Positions 11,456-22,124 of a DNA stretch of 64,000 nucleotides are shown here, one piece after another (position 1 is the stretch's first letter; every line of letters begins with the position of its first letter). This stretch comes from Candidatus Chisholmbacteria bacterium (GTDB lineage: Bacteria; Patescibacteriota; Microgenomatia; UBA1400; Chisholmbacteraceae). The position numbers and the translations under genes were made by a program. The notes under the pieces were generated by a model. The model was not told where the DNA came from and did not search any database. It was given only the letters and a program-made list of their open reading frames with translations. Location: assembly GCA_963704905.1 (NCBI GenBank), contig CAVPHZ010000002.1, positions 203,011 through 267,010 of the forward strand. The letters are read 5' to 3'.

Positions 11456-14398
11456 ATGAAAGAAAATGTAATTAAGGTTATTGGTGCCAATCAGCATAAC
11501 CTAAAAAACGTCAACTTAAAGTTTCCCAAGAACAAACTTGTTGTCTTTACTGGTGTCTCAGGGAGTGGTAAAAGCTCAATGGCCTTTGATACCATTTACG
11601 CTGAAGGGCAACGTCGGTATGTGGAGTCACTGAGTTCGTATGCTCGGCAATTTCTCGGCATCATGAACAAACCGGAAGTAGAATCAATCGAAGGGCTTTC
11701 TCCAGCAATCTCGATTGACCAGAAGACTACTAGTCACAATCCTCGTTCGACTGTCGGAACCATCACGGAAATTTATGACTACCTGAGACTGCTGTACGCC
11801 AGAGTTGGACATCCGCACTGTCCAAAATGTGGAAAGGAAATCAGCAAACAATCACCACAGCAAATCTCTGAAGCAATTCTTGAACTGATAGTTGCAGAAA
11901 CTCGAAAAGAATCTCATGCAAGAGCCTTGCTTCTGGCTCCAATAGTTCGAGATAGAAAAGGAGAATTTACTTCTTTGTTTAGAAATCTTAAATCTCAAGG
12001 TTTTCAACGGGTAAGAATAGATGGAACCGTATTTGATGTCGATGAAGATCTATTCCTAATCAAAACGAACAAACATACAATTGACGTCGTTATCGATCGT
12101 ATCGCCTTTTCAAAAAAAGAAGCGAAAGATGATGTTTCCATCAGCAACATGAGGAGTCGGATCTCGAGATCAGTTGAACAGGCACTCAACTTAAGCAGTG
12201 GTCTTGTGGTTATTGCTCTGATTAAAGACAAAGGCTTCAATCTACCAGAGAGACCAAAGCAATTTGAAAATCATCTTTACTCAGAACATTTTGCCTGTCC
12301 TGATGACAATATCAGCCTTCCGGAGATAGAACCTCGCTCCTTTTCATTCAACTCCCCACATGGCGCCTGTCCTACCTGTAACGGCCTTGGAACGCTTCTT
12401 AAAGTCGATTCGGATCTTATGATAAACCCAAGGTTAACAATTGCCCAAGGTGCGATCTTACCCTACGCGAGTCTTACTTCAGAACGTGGGAGTTGGTATG
12501 GTCGGCTTATTCATTCGATTCTGGAGGTGTACAACGAGTCTCCTGATACGACTTGGGAGCATCTTCCTTCTGGTTTAAGAGAAATTCTCCTTAATGGTGA
12601 TGATTCTCGAGTTTTCACGATATCAGGAACCAGTAATTCAGGGAAAAGTAGATCGTACGATACAACCTTTGAAGGCATCATCAACAACCTTTCCAGAAGA
12701 TATAGAGAAACCCAATCTGAAATCGTCAGAGCCGAAATAGAAAAATACATGCGCAAGGAAATATGTCCCGAGTGTAAAGGTGCACGATTGAAGAAAGAGG
12801 CACTCTCAATTACCATTGAAGATCAAAATATTATTGATATCACTCGAAAACAAATTTATCATGCGCGGAAATGGATTCGCGCACTCAGCACCGACATCTT
12901 CCTCACGGATAAAGAAAATATCATAGGAGGACCAATCATTAAGGAGATTAACGCCCGTCTGGATTTTCTCGTCTCAGTTGGTTTAGCCTATTTAACCCTC
13001 GATCGTGAAGCTTCAACCTTAGCTGGCGGAGAAGCACAAAGAATTCGTTTAGCCTCTCAAATTGGAAGTGGTCTGACAGGAGTATTATATGTACTTGACG
13101 AGCCTACCGTTGGTCTCCATCAACGTGACAACCAACGTCTGATTACCACACTCAAAAATCTACGAGATCTTGGAAATACAGTGCTGGTTGTTGAGCACGA
13201 CCGCGATACCATAGAAAATGCAGACTGGATCGTGGATTTTGGTCTGGGTGCAGGGAAATATGGCGGAGAGCTAATCGCAGAAGGTACACTAGCACACATC
13301 AAAAAATCAAAAAGATCATTAACCGGAAAATACCTGAGTGGGAAAAAACACGTCAAGTACGAAAGGCTTCTGGATAATGGTAGCGTTAGCTCCGAAGTTA
13401 CAATCGGCTCAATCATTCTTGAGGGTTGTACACATCACAATCTGAAAAATGTCAATGTCAGGTTTCCCTTAGGAAAATTAGTCTGTATAACCGGAGTCTC
13501 TGGTTCTGGAAAATCAACACTAATTCACGATATCCTTTATCATGCTCTTTCTCGAGAATTGAATTTCCTCCACAAAGATAAACCGGGAGAGTTTAAATCC
13601 ATCAAAGGTGTTGGAGAAATATCAAAAGTCAGTCTTATTGACCAAAGTCCGATTGGTAAGACACCACGTTCGAATCCAGCCACCTATACAAAAGCTTTTG
13701 ACCATATAAGAAAACTATTTTCGTTGACGAAGGATGCAGCTGTTAGCGGTTATCAGCCAGGAAGATTCTCTTTCAACGTACGTGGCGGTCGATGTGAAGC
13801 ATGCCAGGGTGGTGGTCAGGTAAAAATTGAGATGCAATTCCTTCCCGATGTATACGTAACATGTGAAGTATGTAACGGCACACGATATAACAATGAAACA
13901 CTTGAAATCCGCTACCGCGGAAAAACCATCAATGATGTCTTGAAAATGAATGTAGATGAAGCAGTGGAATTTTTTGGTCAAATATCAGGTCTTGGTATAA
14001 AGTTAAAAATGCTGAAAGAGGTAGGTCTCGGTTACATTGAACTCGGACAACCAGCGCCAACACTTTCTGGAGGAGAAGCTCAACGCATAAAAATTTCTCG
14101 CGAGCTTTCAGTGACCAGTCCAGGTCACACAGTATATCTTCTTGACGAACCAACAACTGGATTACACTTTGCCGATCTGGAAAAACTTTTGAGCGTACTC
14201 AAACAGCTTGTATTTCATGGAAACACGGTCATTGTCATCGAACACAACCTCGATATTATTAAAAATGCTGACCACATTATTGATCTCGGACCGGAAGGTG
14301 GCGATGAGGGTGGTAAACTAATTGCAGAAGGAACACCAAAGCAAGTAGCAAAAATCAAATCCTCACACACAGGAAACTTTTTAAGCCGAGTCCTCTAA
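11456..14398 (+). CDS. uvrA: Excinuclease ABC subunit A
   Basis: 980 aa; two ABC ATPase modules (GVSGSGKSS / GVSGSGKST, LSGGEAQR x2) and zinc-finger Cys clusters. Confidence 0.95.
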   Translation: MKENVIKVIGANQHNLKNVNLKFPKNKLVVFTGVSGSGKSSMAFDTIYAEGQRRYVESLSSYARQFLGIMNKPEVESIEGLSPAISIDQKTTSHNPRSTVGTITEIYDYLRLLYARVGHPHCPKCGKEISKQSPQQISEAILELIVAETRKESHARALLLAPIVRDRKGEFTSLFRNLKSQGFQRVRIDGTVFDVDEDLFLIKTNKHTIDVVIDRIAFSKKEAKDDVSISNMRSRISRSVEQALNLSSGLVVIALIKDKGFNLPERPKQFENHLYSEHFACPDDNISLPEIEPRSFSFNSPHGACPTCNGLGTLLKVDSDLMINPRLTIAQGAILPYASLTSERGSWYGRLIHSILEVYNESPDTTWEHLPSGLREILLNGDDSRVFTISGTSNSGKSRSYDTTFEGIINNLSRRYRETQSEIVRAEIEKYMRKEICPECKGARLKKEALSITIEDQNIIDITRKQIYHARKWIRALSTDIFLTDKENIIGGPIIKEINARLDFLVSVGLAYLTLDREASTLAGGEAQRIRLASQIGSGLTGVLYVLDEPTVGLHQRDNQRLITTLKNLRDLGNTVLVVEHDRDTIENADWIVDFGLGAGKYGGELIAEGTLAHIKKSKRSLTGKYLSGKKHVKYERLLDNGSVSSEVTIGSIILEGCTHHNLKNVNVRFPLGKLVCITGVSGSGKSTLIHDILYHALSRELNFLHKDKPGEFKSIKGVGEISKVSLIDQSPIGKTPRSNPATYTKAFDHIRKLFSLTKDAAVSGYQPGRFSFNVRGGRCEACQGGGQVKIEMQFLPDVYVTCEVCNGTRYNNETLEIRYRGKTINDVLKMNVDEAVEFFGQISGLGIKLKMLKEVGLGYIELGQPAPTLSGGEAQRIKISRELSVTSPGHTVYLLDEPTTGLHFADLEKLLSVLKQLVFHGNTVIVIEHNLDIIKNADHIIDLGPEGGDEGGKLIAEGTPKQVAKIKSSHTGNFLSRVL

Positions 14399-14438
14399 TA
14401 CTAGAGATCAATACCTTCATTCCTCTACAATAGTGAAC

Positions 14439-16313
14439 ATGACTGCACGCCTAAAGTTTTTATTTGTACTCTGTGTGTCGCTCCTTCTATTTTTTTTCAA
14501 AACTGGTAAGGCAATAGCATCAGACGACTTCTTCATTCAATCAACATCAACATATGTTGTCGGTGTAGAGGGAAGAACTGCAGTCCAACACCAAATTAGT
14601 TTGACCAACAAAAAACTCAACATTTTTGCTACCCAGTATGCCTTATCAGTTGCTTCAACTAGGATTAGTAATGTATGGGCAAAAGATGGAATTGCATCGC
14701 TGACACCAAATGTAACAAAAACTGCAAATGCCACGAATATCTCGATTGATTTCAAGCAAAAAGCAGTCGGAGAAGGCCAAACACTGACATTTTTTATTGG
14801 CTATGAGGATGATGACATCACGCAAAAAATTGGTAGGGTTCGAGAAATGAACATTCCACGCCCTGAGGATATCCAAACCTATGAGCAATACACGATTAAA
14901 CTGATAGTTCCAAACGAATTTGAAGCTCCGGTTCAAATAATTCCACAGGCCAGCACAGTTACACATGGGGTAAATACAACCTTGTATACGTTCAATAGAG
15001 ATACTATTTTCGATCGTGGCGTGACTGCATTGTTTGGAGAGCATCAGTTCTTTTCTTTCGATCTGAGATACTCACTTCAAAATACAACGCCGATTGCCAG
15101 AACCATGGAAATTGCCCTCCCACCTGACACTGCAAACCAAACGATGATTTATGATGCAATCACCCCTCTTCCGGATAATATGAAAGTAGATAATGATGGA
15201 AACTGGATCGCGGAATATAAGGTCGATCCCAGAGAACAAATGGAGATTCATGCTGCCGGATCGGTAATTATTAGTCTTCTACCTAATGAAAAAGTATTTC
15301 AAGATTTCTCAAATCTCGATGAATATACTCGATCACAATCTCTTTGGCCAACCGACGATCCAGAAATCAAGCGTCTTGCCAAAGAACTCAAGACGGCTGA
15401 AAACATATACAACTTTGTCGTAGATCACCTGAGCTATAACACTAATCGCATTGATGCTCAGGCAAAGCGCTTGGGAGCCAAACAAGCATACGAGCAACCA
15501 GATCAAGCAATCTGTATGGAATTTACGGATCTTTTCATTGCAATCGCACGAGCAGCTGGTATACCTGCGAGGGAATTAAATGGTTTTGCCTATACGCAAA
15601 ACCCGGATCTCCGCCCACTTAGTCTCCGCCAGGACATTCTTCACGCCTGGCCTGAGTACTATGACCAACAGCAACAACGCTGGATCCAAATTGATCCTAC
15701 CTGGGGAAACACAACCCAAGGAATCGACTACTTTTCGCGATTTGACTTAAATCATTTTGTATTTGTTATCCACGGAACTGACGCTCAAGCACCATATCCT
15801 GCTGGTTTTTATAAAGCTGAAGGTTTTGAAGGAAAAGATATAGAGATAGTTCCCACGGATAGAGATCCAAAAATTATTGATCAGCTTCAGCTGGCCATAA
15901 ATCTGCCCGATCAAATCACAGCCGGATTTACAAACCGGTCAACCATTACGATACAAAATCACGGAAACACCGCACTGCAAAATGGAAAAGTAGAGGTAAG
16001 AACCACTGGGTTTGATATACTCACTCCGACGGTTTATAACATCAATGTTCTACTTCCATACACTGAAGTAGAACTTCCAGTAATCGTAAAAGGATCAAGT
16101 TTCTTTGACACAAAAATCGGGTCAATTCGTGTTGAATCAGGAAAATATGCAGATGAAAAACAAATTAAAATCAAAGCAACAACAACGACAATCCCAACCA
16201 TCATCACAACCATGGCAGTGGGTGCGGCATTTGCCGTTATTGCCACAAGACCCAGGCGTATATTCTTTTCTCTCAAAAAACGGTTCCATTCTTTACGTAG
16301 GAAAAGCAAATAA
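14439..16313 (+). CDS. Secreted/membrane-anchored transglutaminase-like cysteine protease domain protein
   Basis: N-terminal signal peptide; transglutaminase-core-like motif CMEFTDLFIAIARAAGIPARELNGF plus downstream His/Asp; C-terminal hydrophobic anchor followed by a basic tail. GTG at 14433; first ATG 14439. Confidence 0.55.
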   Translation: MTARLKFLFVLCVSLLLFFFKTGKAIASDDFFIQSTSTYVVGVEGRTAVQHQISLTNKKLNIFATQYALSVASTRISNVWAKDGIASLTPNVTKTANATNISIDFKQKAVGEGQTLTFFIGYEDDDITQKIGRVREMNIPRPEDIQTYEQYTIKLIVPNEFEAPVQIIPQASTVTHGVNTTLYTFNRDTIFDRGVTALFGEHQFFSFDLRYSLQNTTPIARTMEIALPPDTANQTMIYDAITPLPDNMKVDNDGNWIAEYKVDPREQMEIHAAGSVIISLLPNEKVFQDFSNLDEYTRSQSLWPTDDPEIKRLAKELKTAENIYNFVVDHLSYNTNRIDAQAKRLGAKQAYEQPDQAICMEFTDLFIAIARAAGIPARELNGFAYTQNPDLRPLSLRQDILHAWPEYYDQQQQRWIQIDPTWGNTTQGIDYFSRFDLNHFVFVIHGTDAQAPYPAGFYKAEGFEGKDIEIVPTDRDPKIIDQLQLAINLPDQITAGFTNRSTITIQNHGNTALQNGKVEVRTTGFDILTPTVYNINVLLPYTEVELPVIVKGSSFFDTKIGSIRVESGKYADEKQIKIKATTTTIPTIITTMAVGAAFAVIATRPRRIFFSLKKRFHSLRRKSK

Positions 16314-17523
16314 TCTTAAAAAAAGAATCCAATCCTACAAACACAAAACTGGCCATGATCCAAAAACGAGAGTTCTTCTCAAAACCGCTACGAGATTAAA
16401 ATACATTCAACTCGAATCAGAGTTTGAAGCTCTGCTCGTCGAAGCAGAACTCATTAAAACCCACAAGCCAAAGTACAACATTCGGTTGAAGGATGATAAA
16501 TCTCCACTGTATATCATTATTACCAAATCCAATTTTCCCAGAGTACTCACAGCCAGAAAATCAGATATCGAAGCGGGAAAAGTGACAGGCTTTATATTTG
16601 GGCCATATGCCTCGGCTCTTCAAGTAAAATTTGTCTTACGCTCAATTCGAAAAATCTTCCCCTACTGCAACGCAACAGAGAAACAGAGACGGATAAAAAA
16701 ACCATGCTTTTATTATCATCTGGGCTTATGTTCTGGAGCTTGCGTAGGAAAAATCTCTAAAACGGACTATAGGGATATCATCAACAACTTGAGACTCTTC
16801 CTAAAAGGCAAGCGCAGCAGCGTTACTCAGGGTGTTACCAAACGGATGCATCAGGCTTCACGTTCTAAACACTTTGAAGAAGCTGCAAAATGGAGAGATC
16901 AACTTCAAGCTATTGATGCTCTTCAACAACAGAGAAATTTCGCCCTACGCTACTCTTCAACTCAAGCACCGTCCAACCTGGCTAGAAAAGAACTCTGGAA
17001 AACAATAGCACCATTTGTTATTAGAAGTGGTTGTCAGCTACCCGACAGTCCATTTAAACGAATCGAAGCATATGATGTTTCAAATATCTCCGGAACAAGC
17101 GCCACCGCTTCAATGATCGTATTCACAGACGGTACACCAGATAAAAATCAATATCGGAAATTCAAAATACGCCTGAAAAATGAGCCTGATGACAGTATGA
17201 TGCTGGCCGAAGCGATCAGCCGTCGACTCAATCATCGTGAATGGACATTTCCAGAGTTAATGGTTATAGATGGAGGAAAAGGTCAGGTACAAATTATCAA
17301 AAAAGTTCTCGCCTCCAAAGGGTTGCATCATAGAATACCTGTAATTGGGCTTGCCAAAAGAAACGAAGAAATCATAGTACATAAGCAGACTTTCCATGCC
17401 ATACGACTCCGAAAAGTGTCAAGTGCTCTACGGCTACTCATGCACATGAGAGACGAAGCGCATCGGTTCGCTAGAGTTTATCATCATATACTCAGAGAGA
17501 GAAAACTGTTTGAGGCTGAATAA
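16147..17523 (+). CDS. uvrC: Excinuclease ABC subunit C, short form; start uncertain
   Basis: GIY-YIG module (PGVYSFLSKNGSILYVGKANNLKKRIQSY...), UVR domain (EEAAKWRDQLQAIDAL), RNase H-like endonuclease domain; lacks a C-terminal HhH2 domain. Candidate starts: ATG 16147/16153, GTG 16222, TTG 16231; all overlap the 3' end of the preceding gene. Confidence 0.8.
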   Translation: MQMKNKLKSKQQQRQSQPSSQPWQWVRHLPLLPQDPGVYSFLSKNGSILYVGKANNLKKRIQSYKHKTGHDPKTRVLLKTATRLKYIQLESEFEALLVEAELIKTHKPKYNIRLKDDKSPLYIIITKSNFPRVLTARKSDIEAGKVTGFIFGPYASALQVKFVLRSIRKIFPYCNATEKQRRIKKPCFYYHLGLCSGACVGKISKTDYRDIINNLRLFLKGKRSSVTQGVTKRMHQASRSKHFEEAAKWRDQLQAIDALQQQRNFALRYSSTQAPSNLARKELWKTIAPFVIRSGCQLPDSPFKRIEAYDVSNISGTSATASMIVFTDGTPDKNQYRKFKIRLKNEPDDSMMLAEAISRRLNHREWTFPELMVIDGGKGQVQIIKKVLASKGLHHRIPVIGLAKRNEEIIVHKQTFHAIRLRKVSSALRLLMHMRDEAHRFARVYHHILRERKLFEAE

Positions 17524-17580
17524 TAAATATCTGGACGTTAGCATCATAGCTGAGTAAAATAGATAGTATTGATAATTCTT

Positions 17581-17988
17581 ATGAAATCACTTCTCAGGTC
17601 ATTTATCATCAATATTGCAGCTCTTTATATTGCTTCAAACATTATCCCTGGAATGATGTATTCCGGAGGAATTCAAACGCTCATTTTTGCGACGTTAGTT
17701 CTGGCAATTATGAATCTTCTCATCCGTCCTATTATTAACATTCTGCTATTACCGATCAATTTGATAACCTTGGGTGCATTTCGTTGGTTAGTGAACGTAT
17801 TCGTCTTGTTTCTTCTAATCGTAGTAATTTCTAATCTCAATATAGAAGCGTTCTCATTTTCTGGTTTTGAATATCAAGGATTTACAGTGCCAGACATTGA
17901 AGTTTCAAGATTTTGGAGTATAGTACTTTCCTCTCTCACAATAAGCTTTACAAACGCCTTCTTGTTTTGGCTGGCAAAAGAGGAATAA
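17581..17988 (+). CDS. Small integral membrane protein (DUF360/holin-family-IV-like, 4 TM)
   Basis: Four hydrophobic helices; pattern AALYIASNIIPG...GAFRWLVN resembles the YvlD/DUF360 family. ORF-track TTG at 17569; first ATG 17581. Confidence 0.45.
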   Translation: MKSLLRSFIINIAALYIASNIIPGMMYSGGIQTLIFATLVLAIMNLLIRPIINILLLPINLITLGAFRWLVNVFVLFLLIVVISNLNIEAFSFSGFEYQGFTVPDIEVSRFWSIVLSSLTISFTNAFLFWLAKEE

Positions 17989-18031
17989 GTCAAGGCAAAT
18001 CTGGATTCATCATGATATACTCAAACCTCAT

Positions 18032-18247
18032 ATGAATACTGGACTGATCATTTTCCAAATGATTGTCTCCATCCTCCTCATCGGAGCAATTATGTTGCAG
18101 GCACAAGGTACTGGATTGGGGAGTGCTTGGGGTGGAGGCGGCGAAACCTATCGCTCCAAACGGGGCGTGGAACGTATCCTGCTCATCTCAACTATCATAT
18201 TAACGATAGTATTCCTGTTAACTGCACTAGCTAGTTTAGCCTTATAA
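18032..18247 (+). CDS. secG: Preprotein translocase subunit SecG
   Basis: 71 aa, two TM segments with the LLQ(x)GKG-like central motif (IMLQAQGTGLGSAWGGGG) typical of SecG. Confidence 0.65.
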   Translation: MNTGLIIFQMIVSILLIGAIMLQAQGTGLGSAWGGGGETYRSKRGVERILLISTIILTIVFLLTALASLAL

Positions 18248-18272
18248 ACTAGCCTGTATAGTCTTATAACCC

Positions 18273-19637
18273 ATGATGAAATCACTTCGAGTATCCTATT
18301 GGATGCTTTCCGGTTTCTTAAAAAAACATAAAAGAATTCTCTTACTCGGAATTGTATTGGGAATTTCCATCATGGTCCTGCTTCCCAGGATCAACAATCT
18401 TCTTCCTGAACCAACACGACGAGAAAAAATTGCAGTGATAGGGAATCCTACGTTATCGGAAATTCCACGCTTTATCCAAGAACAGATCAGCTTTGGACTC
18501 ACCGCCATCACTCCATCCGGGGAAGCAACACCAGCGGCGGCACAGTCATTCAGGGTTGAAGACGACGGTAAACGCTACGTGTTCAAATTACGCCATGATC
18601 TGAATTGGCATGATGGGAAGTCGTTTACCGCGGAAGACGTAAACTACAACTTTGAAGATGTGGAGATCAAACTCCAAAGTCAAGATGAAATTGTTTTTCA
18701 ACTCAAAGAACCGTTTGCTCCCTTTCCAACAATTGTCAGCCAACCGCTTTTTCGCCAGGAAAGATCGAAACTATTAAGAGGAAATCTTTCCCTTCTTGGT
18801 TTAGGGGAAGCAAAGGTCATCAAACTTACGCATTCCTCTCAGGGAAGTCAGAAAATAAATGAGCTTGTTCTTCAAATGGATGAAGGAATTCGATCCTATC
18901 GATTCTACAATACTCAGGAAGCAGCCATTACAGCATTTAAGTTGGGGGAGATAAACACAATACTTGAACTCTCATCGCCTGGAGAGTTGGCCAGTTGGCC
19001 GACGACAATAGTAGAAGAAAACGTACATTCCGATCGCTATGTTGCTTTATTTTTTAATACACAAAATGAATTTCTAGGTAGTAAAAATTTTAGAAAAGCA
19101 CTTACGTATGCAGTTCCAACCAAACCCATAAACGAGCTCAGAGCCATTAGTCCGATCAATCCGAACTCCTGGGCATATAATCCTCAAGTCAGAACCTATG
19201 AATTCGATCTGGAAGCAGCAAAAAATCTCCTTGATCAAGAAAAAGAAGAAAATGAAAATTTCGATCCGGTCATAGAACTCACCACGACACTCCCTCATCT
19301 TGATACAGCAGAGCTTATTAGAGAGCAATGGGAATTGCTAGGCATCCGCACCGCAATTAAAGTAGTCACGTATCTTCCTGAGGAAATGCAAGTTCTGCTC
19401 ATCGCCCAGGAGATTCCAGCCGACCCAGATCAATATAGTTTTTGGCATTCTACTCAGCCAACCAACTTCACTAAATATAATAGCCCAAAAGTAGATAAAC
19501 TACTCGAGGATGGGAGACAAACCCTTGACCAGCAGGAACGAACGCTTCTCTATCAGGACTTTCAACGTTTCCTTGTTGAGGATGCCCCAGCCGCTTTTCT
19601 TTATCATCATCGAACCTATTCCGTCTCGAGACAGTAA
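18273..19637 (+). CDS. Extracellular solute-binding protein, family 5-like (peptide/nickel-type SBP), N-terminal membrane anchor
   Basis: Signature DGKSFTAEDVNYNFEDV (SBP_bac_5 'DGxPxTAxDV'); N-terminal TM helix; shorter than canonical OppA-type proteins. Confidence 0.5.
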   Translation: MMKSLRVSYWMLSGFLKKHKRILLLGIVLGISIMVLLPRINNLLPEPTRREKIAVIGNPTLSEIPRFIQEQISFGLTAITPSGEATPAAAQSFRVEDDGKRYVFKLRHDLNWHDGKSFTAEDVNYNFEDVEIKLQSQDEIVFQLKEPFAPFPTIVSQPLFRQERSKLLRGNLSLLGLGEAKVIKLTHSSQGSQKINELVLQMDEGIRSYRFYNTQEAAITAFKLGEINTILELSSPGELASWPTTIVEENVHSDRYVALFFNTQNEFLGSKNFRKALTYAVPTKPINELRAISPINPNSWAYNPQVRTYEFDLEAAKNLLDQEKEENENFDPVIELTTTLPHLDTAELIREQWELLGIRTAIKVVTYLPEEMQVLLIAQEIPADPDQYSFWHSTQPTNFTKYNSPKVDKLLEDGRQTLDQQERTLLYQDFQRFLVEDAPAAFLYHHRTYSVSRQ

Positions 19638-19682
19638 ATTGACCCAACTCGTTCCCTGTGCTAGCCTGTTCATAGCATATCT

Positions 19683-20936
19683 ATGACATTAGTCGCCAAC
19701 TCTGTCCCTACTCCCCAGACTTCATCAAAAATCTCAACCCGATTTTTAAAAGATGCTTTCGATGAGCATGCCAGAGATGCAGTTTCGTTTGTTTCTACGC
19801 TGATACGTGAATCTGTAACCTTAAGAGCTTCAGATGTATTTATAGAACCACAAAAAAACAACTTTAGAGTTCGTGCTCGGGTAGATGGTGTGATGCATGA
19901 GCTGGGAGAAATCCCTCTCATATCTGCCGAACCGGTTGTTTCACGTATAAAAGTTCTATCTCAGCTTGACCCTACTGAAAAACGCCGTGTACAGGAAGGG
20001 CAATTTACCATCGAACATGAAAAAAAGACCATCAACGTTCGTGTAGAAATTGCCCAAACCGTGCATGGGGAACTCATCGTTGTCAGAATCCATGAGAGAG
20101 AATCAATTATCATGGAGTTATCTCAGCTTGGCTTTAGCGATCAGAACTATGCAACCTATCTTGATGTTCTGAAATACCGAAGCGGGCTCATTCTTGTAAG
20201 TGGTCCGACCGGCTGCGGAAAAACAACCACGCTCTATTCCACAATTAACCATATCAATAAAGATAAGCAATTCAACGTAATGACAGTCGAAGACCCTGTG
20301 GAGTATCAGATGGATGGTCTCAATCAAATGCAAACCCAGAATGAGATCGGATTCACTTTCGCAGAAGGGCTAAAAACTATCCTTCGTCTAAGTCCCGATA
20401 TTGTCTTTGTCGGAGAGATACGGGATCGTGAAACAGCAGAAATCGCTGTTGAGTCAGGATTGACCGGCCAACTAGTGCTTTCGACTATACATGCAGACGA
20501 TGCTGTAGGTGCTCTCTTTCGAATGCTCGATCTCGACATTGAGCCCTATCTGCTCAACTCATCTCTAACCGGAATAGTTTCTCAACGCTTGGTTCGAAAA
20601 ATATGCCCAAACTGTATTACTGAATACCAACCATCCGAACCCGAACGAGACATATTTCAAAATGTCATTGGAAATATTCCAGAAAAATTACGTAGAGGAA
20701 AAGGATGTTTTACCTGTCAAAATCTAACATTTCAGGGAAGAACCGCAATTTTTGAAGTATTGAAGATGGATGCCAATATTCGTGAAGAGCTTCGGAAAAA
20801 CAGTAATGAGGATCAGCTCAGAAAAGACCTCAGAGACAAGGGATATAACACACTCCTTGCTGATGGCCTACAAAAAGTTGAGCAGGGATTAACCACAACA
20901 GACGAAGTCTTCCGATCTAGCCTCAGGGTTCTCTGA
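19683..20936 (+). CDS. Type II secretion / type IV pilus assembly ATPase (GspE/PilB family), short N-terminus
   Basis: Walker A GPTGCGKTTT, Asp box, Walker B VGEIRD, His box, tetracysteine motif CPNC...C..C typical of PilB/GspE. Confidence 0.8.
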   Translation: MTLVANSVPTPQTSSKISTRFLKDAFDEHARDAVSFVSTLIRESVTLRASDVFIEPQKNNFRVRARVDGVMHELGEIPLISAEPVVSRIKVLSQLDPTEKRRVQEGQFTIEHEKKTINVRVEIAQTVHGELIVVRIHERESIIMELSQLGFSDQNYATYLDVLKYRSGLILVSGPTGCGKTTTLYSTINHINKDKQFNVMTVEDPVEYQMDGLNQMQTQNEIGFTFAEGLKTILRLSPDIVFVGEIRDRETAEIAVESGLTGQLVLSTIHADDAVGALFRMLDLDIEPYLLNSSLTGIVSQRLVRKICPNCITEYQPSEPERDIFQNVIGNIPEKLRRGKGCFTCQNLTFQGRTAIFEVLKMDANIREELRKNSNEDQLRKDLRDKGYNTLLADGLQKVEQGLTTTDEVFRSSLRVL

Positions 20937-20984
20937 TCGTCAAAGTTGAGATTCTCAGAGTAAAATGTAGAATACACCAAGAAT

Positions 20985-21692
20985 ATGCGGAAACTAAAGA
21001 GTGTGGCGAAGCTTTTGCTTCTTACGTTCATTGTTACAATCTATTTCACTCGAAGGCAAATTGGAGAATATGTTATTACAGTAAATGGACAAAGAATTCC
21101 AGAGGAACATCGTTCAATCATTCGGGAGTCCGCATCCGAAAAATTGTTGCGTAATCCAAGTCCCGAACCTTTGAACCATACGGAACCAAGTCCGACACCC
21201 ACATCATCACAGAATCCAAAAACCAAAACTCCTTCACCGACAAACAATCCTGAGTTGGATCTAAACTATCAGCTCGAACCGTGTGAAAACGATGACGAGG
21301 TAGGCTGTTATATGATTCGAAACGCACCGTCAGAAACCATGAGTACGGTTGATGACCTCAATCTTGCCGTAAATGCATATCGGAGTAACCATAATCTCTC
21401 ACAAATGTTTATTGATCAGCAGCTATGTGAAGTTGCAGATATTCGTGCCAAAGAAGTTGAAGAAGAATTTAGTCATGCAAAATTTGGGGAACATGTAGAA
21501 AACGGGGATTTCGATTACATCGGTTTTCACACCATTGCTGAAAATCTCTGGCAAGGAAGTTTTTCAGCCGTTCATATCGTTGAATTTGGCTGGGATAAAT
21601 CCGACGGTCATCGTGCCAATCTTCAAGGAAGTTGGAATCGCGGTTGCGCCGGGATTCATGGAATAAATGCAGTATTTATCTTTGTAAACTAA
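20985..21692 (+). CDS. Secreted CAP (SCP/PR-1-like) domain protein
   Basis: N-terminal TM/signal, Pro/Thr-rich linker, C-terminal region with CAP-like HR(A)NL and GH(T) motifs (DGHRANLQGSWNRGCAGIHG). Confidence 0.45.
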   Translation: MRKLKSVAKLLLLTFIVTIYFTRRQIGEYVITVNGQRIPEEHRSIIRESASEKLLRNPSPEPLNHTEPSPTPTSSQNPKTKTPSPTNNPELDLNYQLEPCENDDEVGCYMIRNAPSETMSTVDDLNLAVNAYRSNHNLSQMFIDQQLCEVADIRAKEVEEEFSHAKFGEHVENGDFDYIGFHTIAENLWQGSFSAVHIVEFGWDKSDGHRANLQGSWNRGCAGIHGINAVFIFVN

Positions 21693-21694
21693 TC

Positions 21695-21880
21695 ATGGCT
21701 GCTACAGAATCAAGACCCGGGAATATTGAAAGAGGTGCAAACATTCTAAGAGATGTAAGTCTTATCGTCGGTGGTATTGCCCTATTCTTTGGGAGATTTG
21801 GGAAAGCAGCAATTGCTGCAATTTCTGCAGTGGTAAGTCACGCAAGTGCGAAATATCTCAAATCACGAAGAGAGGGCTAA
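21695..21880 (+). CDS. Small membrane protein (61 aa)
   Basis: ATG at 21695 directly after the preceding stop; single TM (LIVGGIALFFGRFGKAAIAAISAVV). ORF-track version (21632) begins inside the previous gene. Confidence 0.3.
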   Translation: MAATESRPGNIERGANILRDVSLIVGGIALFFGRFGKAAIAAISAVVSHASAKYLKSRREG

Positions 21881-21896
21881 AGGTCAATGGTATACT

Positions 21897-22100
21897 ATGA
21901 GCATGGTAAAGAAAAAAACCCAGAAGAAAACCATTTCAACTGATAGATCATTCTTTTACTCGATAGGCGTTGCTATTATTTCCATCTTTGCTGTTCTGCT
22001 TTTTACGCAGGATCAGATCACCAGATTTACACTCATCATCCCAATTCTTTCCGGTTGGATTCTCATAAACATCTTCATGTTGCCCGAGGAAGAGAACTAA
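21897..22100 (+). CDS. Small membrane protein (2 TM)
   Basis: ATG (MSMVKKK) after a TATACT element; two hydrophobic helices; no domain recognised. Confidence 0.3.
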   Translation: MSMVKKKTQKKTISTDRSFFYSIGVAIISIFAVLLFTQDQITRFTLIIPILSGWILINIFMLPEEEN

Positions 22101-22124
22101 CATCAGGTCAGATTTCAAACTTGT

